From assembly GCF_964355755.1 (NCBI RefSeq), contig NC_092673.1:26471648-26535647 (forward strand): a stretch of DNA of 64,000 nucleotides. The letters are read 5' to 3'. How positions within the stretch are numbered: position 1 is the stretch's first letter; every line of letters begins with the position of its first letter. Source of the DNA: Antedon mediterranea (Eukaryota; Animalia; Echinodermata). This document shows positions 40,077 to 52,600 of this stretch, in pieces. The notes beneath the pieces are model-generated. The model saw only the letters and a program-made list of their open reading frames with translations, made no database searches and was not told where the DNA came from. The position numbers were made by a program, and so were the translations under genes.

Positions 40077-40281
40077 GCGTGGTTCCCACTATACTAGAGA
40101 CGTGCGCGTAAAGCGTGGTTCCCACTACTAGCGACGCGACGCAACGCAAGTGAATTGATCAATCACAAGCGATGGCTTATTCGCTTGTGATTGCTAACCG
40201 TCTATAACTTCGCTTGTCATTGGTTAAAAAGCTTGCATTGCGTTTACGTCCTTGCGTTACGTTCTAGTGGGAACCAAGCTT
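40077..40281. mobile_element. MITE family B copy with duplicated left TIR
   Basis: agcgtggttcccacta twice; ends ctagtgggaaccaagct; body very similar to 19138-19306. Confidence 0.75.
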
Positions 40282-40709
40282 GAGGCAAGGACGTGCGCGC
40301 GCAAGCGAGTTGACCAATGACAAGTGAAATGATTTGAATTGGATTAATAAAGGAGGTGGTGGTTAACCACAAAAGATAAAAAAAAAACACAAAACTCAAT
40401 AGTATTTAATACTGTTATAAATATTTAAACTGATTGAAATGAAGAAAAGAAATTTGAAAGGGTCCATTCTGTATGCTTGGTATGAAATAGGCCTATAAAT
40501 AACACCCTGTCGGCCAGTAATATCTTCTCTGAATAATCACATATGACCATTAATAAGTTACAAGTAATTTCTTTAATCAAATATTTAAGGCTATCGGGTA
40601 AATCAGTTTATTAAATTGTCTTTCACAATGACGTTGAACAATTACCTTACGTAACATTTTCATAATCAATTTACCTCACCTGTCAAGGGGTATAATGTAT
40701 TTTTATTCA

Positions 40710-40828
40710 GAGCCTGTGTGATGTGCATGACATGATGATGTCATATCACTACCTATTTAAGGCATATCACTACCATATTTGTACACATCCCACTTTTTTT
40801 TGTAAAACTAGTTTGATAGTGTCAGAGC
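40710..40828. mobile_element. MITE family A copy (left-truncated)
   Basis: gacatgatgatgtcatatcactacc...aaactagtttgatagtgtcagagct. Confidence 0.65.
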
Positions 40829-42473
40829 TTAATACTTTCAGAATGACGTAATTGAACAATTACGTTATGTAACATTTTTATAATTATTTCATTATTATCA
40901 CCTGTTGTCAGTTGGAATGTATTTATAGCCTTCGGCGGTTAAAATACTATCAAAGGGTCACTAAACTGTTTCTTCTTGAGAAATAAATTTACTCCACAGG
41001 ACAATTCTACAATATTGTTAGAGATCAATTAGTCGAAACCTTCGAGAGTTAAATAGTGGATTCAATATTGATGTCCGAGAACATTTATATTTAGACCCAC
41101 AATCTCTATTGTTATTATGGAGATTCCACAACGCGCAACACTCGACTACAACGCAAAGAGAGGTAACGCAACGTTATGAATTATTCGAACTGTGGCTTGT
41201 CATTGTCAACTCGCTTGTGTTGTGCGTACGTCCTTGCGTTGCAACGATTACACGTATACGGTCGAGTTTAATGAAATCATATGCGCTGCGCAGTCTCAGA
41301 AATATGATTATGTACAGAATGACCGCGAATCGAATCGTGAAAACGAAGGCTTGAATAAATGTCTCGCTCACTCTCTCACATATCTATCATGGTTTATTTA
41401 AACCAGTTTATATTATATGTATGTACACAAGCATAAAGGAAATAAATATTGCAGATAACGTAGTCCAATACGCTACAGTTGTATCAACTTCGTAATAAAT
41501 ATGAAATTATACGTTAATAATATATTTATATCAAGATATATACGCTGCGCAATAAAAGTCTCGAACCATAAAAATTCCCATCATTTCCGATGGAAATTTG
41601 CATTTTGTATTTTGTAAAATAGTTTTTACACTCTGGTTACATTAATATCCACACGACACTGAACTAATTTTTCCTCCTAAATATTACGTTTTTCTGAAAG
41701 GAAACTAATCAATTTGTAACATTCGCTACACATTTACACTTTCAAATGTCAGTTTTAAGCATTTTATCATTTTATGCAACTCCTGTTCCAGAATGACGTT
41801 TTATATTATCATGTATTTCATCGTGTTTGTAAATCCTGAATACTTTAGCAACTCACTTACTCATTATTAAAAATACTGAATTAATCTTAAAATCTTTTGA
41901 CATTTCAAAACTAATTGTCAAACGTCGTATTAAAAAATTGTTATTAAAGATCGTCACGATACGATACTTGTGATTGTACGGTAATTATTTTATCAAAATA
42001 GCTAATTATTTTCCAGGATGAAATAGTGTATTCTATATAAATTTTGTAAAATGTAACGTGAATACATTGATTGCAGAGCAGCGAATTGTACCAAAATACT
42101 GTAATGTTAGGTACTCACAAACGTTGCGCTAAAAAGGCTATTTACAAGCGCGATGGTTTGATGACTACGTATAGGCGCGCGCGCGTCTGTCCCGTCTTTT
42201 CAATTCAGCATCTCACATGGTGTAATAAATGCTGATAGCATTATGCATGATAAGCAAAAACAAAATTATATTACCACAAACAACACCCTTAAGAATTAAA
42301 GATTTTGACATTGCTTATCTTAATATTTGATGGTAGTCTAAAATAATCACGCTGTTTGAATTTCGAGTTCAATACGAATCAAATGTGTCCATGATGTACA
42401 TTAAACGAAAGCATACATAAATTTATTTTTTAAAATGATGTTTTACAGGATAGTTCAACAGGGAAGATCCTAA

Positions 42474-42603
42474 AACTCTGTCTCTACACTAACAAACTTT
42501 TATCTGACAAAAAAACGTAATGTGCCAATATATGGACATGGTGATGTGATATCACTACCATATTTTGGCACATCACCCTTTTGTTGATAGTGTGGACAGA
42601 GCT
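42474..42603. mobile_element. MITE family A copy
   Basis: ctctgtctctacactaacaaac...tgatagtgtggacagagct-taa. Confidence 0.7.
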
Positions 42604-42760
42604 TAATACTTTCAGTAAGCTAAAAAAAAACACCACTTAAATCCAAGGGATATTTAGTAATAATTGAAAAACAAACAGAACATTAATTAAATCCATAATT
42701 TGACTAAGAGCCATTTAATAATAATAATAATTGAAAATCAGACGATTACAATCATCTTCC

Positions 42761-42813
42761 GATGAACGCGCGCGGCACTTGTTATAATATAACAAGTGCC
42801 GCGCGCGTTCATC
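42761..42813. repeat. Perfect 26-bp-arm palindrome with 1-nt centre
   Basis: gatgaacgcgcgcggcacttgttata-a-tataacaagtgccgcgcgcgttcatc. Confidence 0.9.
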
Positions 42814-45800
42814 CATCTAGTTAAATCCGTCTTAATCTAGATTGATTGATTGAAGATTATAAAGATAATAGTAAGATTATCGATTCGTCATGGTTGACCA
42901 AGGTCCAACTTGGCCCAATGCCAATTTCGTAAATCAATACAATCGATTAACAACTTGTTCTCAAAATTGTACTAGGAATCGATCGCACAAAAGGAAGCTT
43001 TTTCCGTAATCCATAATCATTGGTTATTTCCTGTTGTATAACTGACCATAGCCCTCTAAATGAAATCTCGCTCAAACTACTAAGATATTAACTTAATGTA
43101 TTGGATGAAGTACGCATGGCTGGATCACACAGGCAAAGCGAGCTTCCCGGTGTGTTTTTTTGTTTGCAATGTAAATAATGACATTGACCACACTGGAGAT
43201 CAAAGGGTTTATCTGTGGATGCGACACGATCAGTTCCACGCGGAAATAACATACATTGTACAGTAGGCCTGCTTTTGGTATTTGTCGCAGCCAGACATCA
43301 AGATATTGTTCTTTTGCCTTGACCTAAAGTGGTGGCGCTGTTACTGAATTCCATCTTTCAGTATTAGGCTACAATGGCAAAACTAGACTTAGGAAATCGA
43401 AAATGAATTTATGAATTTAAAAATTTTTTAACAATTATTACGACAGTAAGTAATTGATATTAGTAAAATTATGAGGAGTTTGACAAGGATATCGTTCCTA
43501 TTGGTACATTTCTTCAAAGATATCTTTTTTTAATTTACAAATGCAAAGTAATTAGTAATAATAAACACATTTCTTCAAGGCGCATAATGAACGTGTGATG
43601 TTGTTATATTGTTGTAAAAGTATATCGGTAAGTGCACATGTATTGTTAATTCTAAAAAATATAATAATAGGCTACTGTTTGTATGTCGATACTACTTTTC
43701 ACAAGAAGAAAACATAAATATATACAAAAAAAAACATGGTTATTACACCGGTGGCTGGTTACAATTTATATCTATATCTATCTAAATGTTTACACGGAAA
43801 CAAGCTATTGTAACACACATAAGAACAAGTTTAATTCAAAAATCGTTAAAAATTAATATTATTGCATAGAGTTATGTATTTAACAGTACAGTAACAATAT
43901 TATTTAAATAAATATGTATTTTTATTTTGTATTTATTTATTTAAACACACTCTTGTGTTGTTAATATATAAAGCGCATAATAAATTATACAGCACAAGAG
44001 ACAAAGAGAGAGGGGTTAAAGAGAATGATGGGAAAAGTCACCACTCGTCCGAAAATATTCATTACGTTTTCCGATATCATCCTTTTATTTAGACTGGCAC
44101 ACCTTTACCGGATCCAGTACCACTGGATTACTTATCTTGTATTATCGACTTTAATTTCGTTGATGAGTGTTCTCAAGTAGTGTCTCTCTAGCCCTACCCT
44201 TTCCTGTATCGCTGTCATTCACTTTCACAAATCTTTTAAATTTCAGCAGAAGGGCATTTTAAAATTTGACTTTACAAAAGATGATTTTTTGTGTATTTTA
44301 TTCTTTCTTTTTTATTTCTTTCTTCTATTCTTTATTATGTCTCTCACTTGTACACTGCTCTTTATAACTGATCGATTATAAATCAAACACATAACAACGC
44401 AAATACACGATGTTTAGAATCATCGGGTACCGTACATTACTAGACAATCATACTTTTAGGTAAGGGCAACTTTATTGCTAAGAAAATGCATCCTCTTTTC
44501 CTGCTTTCAATAAAAGGTACCACAAAACATGAAGATTATATAGAAATGTATCATCGAACAATTAAACATCTGCCCCTTTATAACATCGTCATCAAGTTAA
44601 ATCTGGTTTCGGTTTTGATTTTCTATAACTTCATTTTCCACTAAAATGTTTTCTCATTGTGCCCAAAACAGGCCTTATACCCTACTACACGCAATAAGAA
44701 CTGTGACTATTACTTTCAAATATTATTATTATCTGATTAACTGCTGAATATTCAAATGTTGAGACTGAATGTGTTCATGTTTTTTCACAACAGATTGGAG
44801 TTTGAAATTCTTTAGAGAGCCTACTAATTAACTAACCTATTAATTGTAATCGTTCTCATTTAATTTATTAAATAATGAAAACATTCTATCAAATGTTTTA
44901 TATTTTTTTTAACAGAAATACTTACATTAAATCATGGATGTCAAGTGCATACGGTCTTCTATCCCGTAATGAAACCGTTGACAGCCTTCCGTGTATCTTC
45001 ACGACGGATTGTCCAATGAAAACGGTTCATCTTCAAATCGTGCGTCCATCCGATTTAAGAATATCCAAACTACAGTACAATGTTTCCTTACCAAAATACT
45101 TTGACATCGTAGTTTACAATGTGTGGATCTTTGAATTAATAGCTACAACAAGGTTAGTCAACTAACTATATATTATTAAATATCTTAATTTATTTAAGTA
45201 GACCTTAGTGTATTTTTTTACTTTCATAAGATAAGTAAGGTTTTGTAATGACATAAAGCAACAAAATACAGCAGACATACATCTACGAAATATGTTTTAC
45301 TTGTAATAATGTTTTTTAGTTTGTTTAAAGGATTGTGTCTGGTATTATCATAGAGCAAGGGTTACCTATTAAACTGCTTGTGAATAAAAAGTATCCATCC
45401 TCTTTCATTTATTTCCAAATGAATTAGACAATTGTGCGAGGTAAACATTATACAAAAAGTAGATATTAATATATTCTTATTTTGTTGTCAAATTGATGTA
45501 TTTATGTATTTCTTTCCCATCTAAATTTATTAATATATTTGTTTTTTTTAAATAGAAATGATAAAACTTAACTATTTTTATTTTTTTATTAAACGGATAA
45601 ACTAAAAGAAATTGGTTCTCATCTTCAATTACGGACGTAATGCTATACAATACTTTCGTTTAATTGTATCTCCCGTTTATCTTTTTGAACCACAAGAACT
45701 ACTAAACGAAATTTGCTCAATAGTTGTTATGTTTATTTTTTTTTTAAGGTTATATTGACAGCGTTTAAAGTTATTGTTTTATGAGAAACTATAATATAAC

Positions 45801-46609
45801 AACGATGTTTGTTTTACAGTCCAGGAACTGGTATTGCGTATATGTGCAACATGCGATTACCAGGTCATATCAATGTTTTTGTCCTGTCGATAAACTTTTC
45901 TCTATCATAAAAAAAACTGCCATTCTTAAAACTCCGGATACCACTCCTTAACCTCGGTGTACTTATCTTGCCCTACCGGTAATGTGTGCAAGTTCAATAA
46001 TCTAGTTGGTTTGGAAGCACTTAATTCGGATTCTGGTTACGATTATTTTTTATAGCATTTTTTAGGATTTGTTAGATATTGTATTAAAATAAATTATTAT
46101 TATAGCATTAAATATTACCATTTTTTGCTTATGGTAACACACTAAAACATGGAACATTCTAGAACAAAGGAATATTATAGAAAACAGATAATTAAATTGG
46201 GGGAAAAAACAAAGGGAGTTTTTGACGTAAAATGGAGAGAGGTATTAAATAATATGTCGTTGCATATACCTATACAACTTAAGCTTAAATAAAACAAAAT
46301 CGTTCTCCGATGACGCTCGTAAACAAATGTGCAACATAAACATTTATGTTATGTTTATCCAAGCATCTTTAAGCAAGGGATAAAAGTGACCAATCACAAG
46401 CGATGGATAATCCACACTGTTGCTTTTGATTGGTAAAATTATCTACGTTACGCGTAAGTTCGTCCAAGTGGGAACCAAGATTGTTTATCTTCCTGGTCTT
46501 GAATTCTCTGTTCTAGAAATAGCATTATATAATTTCTGAATACTTTGCCACTAATATTTACTTAATACTAACGGTGTTACAATTATTTCAGAAACAAAGT
46601 TCCAGTGTA

Positions 46610-49600
46610 ATGGCACTGTTTGTTGTTTTATTGTGTGTAACTTTTCAAGTAATTTCAGGTAAGTCTCTTATTTTCTCTAAAAAGCATTTACTGAAACAAT
46701 CTTATTCTTAGGTATTTTCGAAGTCAAACTTTTAGTGAATACTATTCTTTCTGTGTGTTCGCTTTCGTATGATTGGTACAGTTGACAATTCCTATAACGT
46801 CAGACAACATTGTTCTAAGATTTTAATTATTGTTTTTAAGGAGCTTGTCCGTCATCATGGGAACAGCAACAGGACAGTTGCTACCATTTCAAGTATGATG
46901 AGATTGGTTCAACCTGGAAAGAAGCTAGGAAATACTGTCGCGAATTAGGTGCAGATATTCCTATTATCAACTCGATCATTGAAAACATCAATCTGTTTAA
47001 TTACCTGTATGTATTTAGTGTTAAATTTCTCCTATTTTAATATTATCATTTGGATAATTAATAAAACAATAAATTCTTCAATACTTGTATATTATATGAT
47101 TCCGTTAAGTAGCCGTCTCTACTGTATCAATACTTATTCGTATCATTCTACGAATAGTCAGCCCCTACATACACATGTATCATAGACCATAAGCCTAACG
47201 TAATCTTAACATACGACAGGTCAAGCCACCTGTATATAATGCAGTATGTGGAGATATCAAGTACCGAAGGTCTATAAGTGTGTTGCCTTTTATTCTTCAG
47301 ATCATCATTCGCAAATCAACATCATCCTGGGGACGTCTTGCCACATGCCTGGCTAGGTTATAAGAACACAGGGGATGGCTGGGGATGGATACAATCGGCA
47401 GAAACGAGCAATTACGAAAGTAAGTTTTGCTAAAGATTTTATATATTTATAATTGGTCAAAAATATATGGTAGAAGGATGAAGTTATTTTATTAAGCACA
47501 TGGCTATGTGGCGTCGGTTTATTTGTATAATATATATTTGTTTTTCTTTATATTTTCTACTATGAAGAATATTGTACTCTTTTTGTTAGTTTATTTTTAT
47601 ACTGGGTGACCTCTTCAGTCAAAGACTGATCTCCCAGAGGGCCCAGTTGGTGATCAGTGGCTGTGATGTACTAATACACCGGGGTAACCCCCTACTCGTC
47701 TCGAAAGATGTACTAGGTTCTTTAAAGTGCACACGAGCTAGTTGTGTACACTGGACCTATGGTTTATAGTCCTTATCCGAGAAGACTCGTTCTACCACCA
47801 GAACCATGGAGTGAGTGAGCCTAGAACCCCAGCCGATGTTATGGCTACGTACTTACGGTTCCACTGTCTTAACCGCTCGGTCACTCACTCACCCAATCTG
47901 TATTCATTTTTCCGAAATAAATGATGAAATGAAAGGAAAAGGAAGGTATAGGCTTACAATTGTAGGCCTACTCTAAACTATGTACACCGTGAATGTACAA
48001 ACACACGCCCGGCTAACATTTATATTTAGGCACCTATTCTGATCAGCCGATGAGGAACAACACGTTATGGTGACAATGCGTTACATAACGTAGACCATAT
48101 AGATGTCTATTTGATTCTCTTTAATACTCTTGACATTTACATTTTTAAATAATTGCTTAGATTTTGAGCATAGGACGCTTGACCCGGAAGAGGATGAGGA
48201 TGACAAATGTGCAGTGATGGCACTATCGTCTGCTAAACAAGGCGCATGGGCATCTTTCTCTTGTAGAATTACTTTATTTGTTTACTATACGGTCTGTGAA
48301 ATGCGAGGTAAGATGTTTTACTCACTCGCTTGCATGTTATGTTGCAATGGAAATTAATTATTATTTTCTTGTTATTTATTACCAATACAATCTATATTAC
48401 AAAAATGAAATAAACACAAAAGAGACACACATTAGCCAAATTACTAAAACATTAGAATTTAAAACTTTACATTTTAATGAAATTTTTAATTGATAATGCC
48501 ATTATATTATTATTTTACTATATTTTACAGGCTTACTCTGTATTTTTAAATATATTTGAATTTGTATATTTCTGTAATAGATCCACAAATACGTCTTAGA
48601 GAAATTCGTCCTCATCAACCGCCAACCACCAACCTTCTTCAAGGAAGACTTGAAATCAAGGCAAACAATACATGGGGAACTGTCTGCGACGATTTTTGGG
48701 ACGAAACCACTAGCAATGTTGCTTGCCGTCAATTGGGGTTTCCTGCTGGTCTTCGCCATAGTTTTGCTGGGCCTAAAAAGGGTGGTTCTGGACGAATAAT
48801 TTTGGATGATGTAAGATGTGATGGGAACGAAAAGTATCTAACGTCATGTGACTTTATAGATGGTTCTGACTGCGAGCACTCCGAAGATGTTACATTGGTT
48901 TGTTCTGCAGGTATGTTATGAAGTACTTTTACTAACTTGTTTAACACATAGATAGAGATAGAAGTATATAGATAGGTCATATATATTTATATTTTCTTAT
49001 TATGAAAGCTTCTATATTTTAATAAAATAAATAAATTAGAGTTAATTATTGAATATTTTGAAATTAAGCCACACATAAAAAAATGTTTGTTGCCCTCTAG
49101 AGCATGCCAATCTGTATGATATACGGTACTGTATTAGACCTAAGTAATATCGGAGAAACCACCTTAGCCTCAAGGTACCTCAAATAACAAATAAATATTC
49201 TAAAACAGCAAAGAAACTAACAGAAACATCAATCAAATCTTTCAGTATTAACCAGAAGTCGTTGTATGATAAAACAATAAAGCATTTTCATTTTTCGAAA
49301 GAAGATCAGATCAGTAATATTTTTATTATTTTGTTTAGATCCAGTTCCAGGCGTGAGGGTTCCAAAGTGGTTCAGAGAGCCTGCAACGTAAGTATGTGTT
49401 ACTGCTAATAAGGACATTCTTTTTTTTGAAATCATAAGAAAAATTGGATTTAGCAAAGACAATCGGTATAAACTATTAGTTTGTAATATGACAGATGGTT
49501 AAACTATGTTTTGCAATTATTTTTAGTGCGTGTTTGTCACTGCTGACGTCCTATTGAAACTGATTAAAGATAATTATATTGTCCCCTTGGAATATGCTAT

Positions 49601-52600
49601 TTTAATACTACATAATATTTATTCGCTTTGACCAATTATTGGATAGAAACAACTATTTAGTGGAAAAAAGTAATTTAAAGCCAAAAAAAAAAAAAAGGTC
49701 CAATTTGTTGCCAACCAATGAGTTTTTGGATGAATTATGTTTTGTTTATTTTTGTTTTTAAAAGTTAAATCATTAATTGTTTTTTTTATTTTCTCCTACA
49801 AAAGTGAAAAACTTTATATATAACTGCAAAATTGTCTATTCAAAGTCTGATTTCATTCTTCATTTTTCATGTTTTTGCAGAGGGTGATGGGGGACAACAC
49901 ATCTTTAAGTTGTTTTTATTTTTATACAGTATTGTTCATATAAAATTCGGAACAAATTGAATTGTATTGTTCATAATGATTTTATTACCAGGTGTAATGA
50001 TTGGAAGTCAGTTTGTGCGGGTAACTGTTATTCTGAGTGCGGAGCTCCTCCACTCATTGAAGCTGTTGGAGACAACAGAGACAACCTCAAAGTTACTGTG
50101 ATCAACGTAAATCTGAAAATACATGAACGATTTCAACTTGAAGGTTTTGATCTAAATCTAATGACAATAAACACGCAGAATGCGATTCTAGAAAATGGAC
50201 TTACTTTGAACTATGACCTGACTGTTGTGACTCGTCGTCTTGAAATAAGTACTAACGTTCACCTTCTTAAAACCCCTGGAAGTGAATGTTATGGATTCAA
50301 GTCTGCGTATATAAATTCAAATAAGTACTATTATTTTACCAATAATTACAATGGACACACTCTTACAATATTTGCAGAACTTTTAAAAATCGGTGAAGTA
50401 GAATGTATCAACTTGCAGTCAGTTGATAATGTAATGTTCCCAGGATACACACCTCGCTTACTTTCGATGTCGGTTGCCTGCGCAGATATCTTAGCAACGG
50501 AATTAACCGACGATCAGATGTGTCTTGATTCAGTTTTATTGGACACTACTCAATTTGTATATAAATACAGTGCACCTTCTCCATACGCAACGATGGCACT
50601 CGCAGTGGAATCCAAAATCAAGCGTACCAAGTCTACTGCAACATACGTACCATCTCTGTCAAAGAATGCTTACAAAGACATCCTGAACACTTACGACATT
50701 GACCTAGAAGAAATAAATGATGACCTGGAAAGACTTTCGGATGACGAAGACGATCTAGAAGACAAAATTGAATTCTTGGAACTGATGCATCAGAAAGCGA
50801 AAGATGTACAAGTTGCCAGGAGGGTTGCTTATAACACTGGTATCTTTGAGATCGAAGTAACTAAAGCAACAATGACTGGTATACGACAAAAGGTTGGAGA
50901 CCTTCAAGTTGAGTTAGAAGAAGCTCAGAAACAATTTGAACGAGACATTGAAGAATACAAGAGACAGCAGGCAAAGAAGGCAGCTGGAGGTTTCTTTTCA
51001 TCTTTAGTAACTATTGTTGTCGGCATTGTCACTGTCAATCCAGCAATAATTGTTGGCGGTGTAGCTAGTTTAGCTAACAACATTATTGACTTGGTAATCC
51101 TAATTGAAGCAATAAATGGCTTAGAAGACACACTCGATGCTGTCATGGATCACCTAAATGACCGTAAAGACTTATCAACAGAAGAATTAGAAATTACTAT
51201 GGAGACAGTTATAAAGGTAGCTGAACTACGTTCCAAAATCACCGAATGGGAAACTTTGGAAAATGTTGCTCAAGGACTCTTAGGCGTCGGTACCGCAGCA
51301 GAATTACCAAGCTCAGGTAACTACATGAGGATTGTGCTTGACATCTCCACATATGGAAGAGCTTTGACAGTGGAAGCTGTCAGAAATGCTGAACTCATTC
51401 TAGAAAAACTAGAAGATAAGAAATGGTTAGATGTGAGCAAGAGGGAAGTGGAACGTCTAGATAAAATACTTAAAGAAAAAGAAAAACTCCTACAAAACTT
51501 TCCACTCGTTCAATCCGAAATCGACTATCAAAGTTATATGTTGAAGTATAATCTCATAAACATAATGCATACATACTGCCAAAGCGTATTTTTCTACCAG
51601 TTCGAAGACTGCTCAACGACAATCAAACCATCACTGACAGATTCTTTGATTGTACTGCGTAACAAGATTTCTAGGGCTAATCGAGAGCATGTAAAAACGG
51701 TGGAAAGTTTTAAATCTGGCAGACCACAGACTTTCCATATTTCGTTCAACATTCAAGATCATCCAGATTGCAGACGGGGTTCAAAATTCACTACACTAAG
51801 AGACTGCCCTGTGTGGGCCTTTAGACAACATAAGGAGATGACCGTTAACTTTAATTATACCAACAATAATGTATCGTTTACGGGATGGGATCGAGTAAGA
51901 GTTGAACGTGTACGCGTATATCTTAATGGTGCCTCGGGATCACGCGCCAACCTGAAAGTGTCTACATCCGGAATATTCGTGGACAGGTATCAAGGAGAGT
52001 ATTATGAATTTACTGGTCTTCAGTTTCGTCAAGCATTTGAATACCACCCGAAAGATGGTAAGATTTTCTTTGATTTATGTATACTGTATTTAGACAATTC
52101 TTTCACACAATATGCATTTAAAATCCGACTTTTTGGATACATTGGTGGGTGAGTGGTTCAAGTACTATACTTTCCGTGCATTCATTAAGATCCTAAACCC
52201 GGATTAACAATATACTCTAGACATTGTAGACTAGTTCCAACTTGGAGGTAAGGCATGTAATTACGTAGTTATTATTGTTAGCTATTGTATACCTTCATTA
52301 TTTTTTTTTTAATCTGGTGGTCACGACTTAAAGTTGTCCGCAACTTATTTTGACCTCCATCCGCACATTTTTGATGTTTTTCTTGTTTATTGTAATTTTC
52401 TTTTTGCAATTTGTAATTTTTATCTTTTATTTCAAAATGTGTGGAGAAACTAATAAAATAAAACAAAACAAACGTAAGTAAGTTAACAAATCACAATCGA
52501 CATCGTGTCGTGATTGGTCAAAATACTTGCGTTTCTCTTACGTCCTAGTGGAAACCTACTTTATAAAGTATAAAAATAAACAACCATATATAATGTAGGT

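Noticed and set aside
49957-52152. 731-aa ORF as an independent intronless (e.g. bacterial contaminant) gene
   Set aside because: It starts at TTG in intron sequence, has an acceptor at 49991 and a donor at 52058, and splices in phase with flanking exons.
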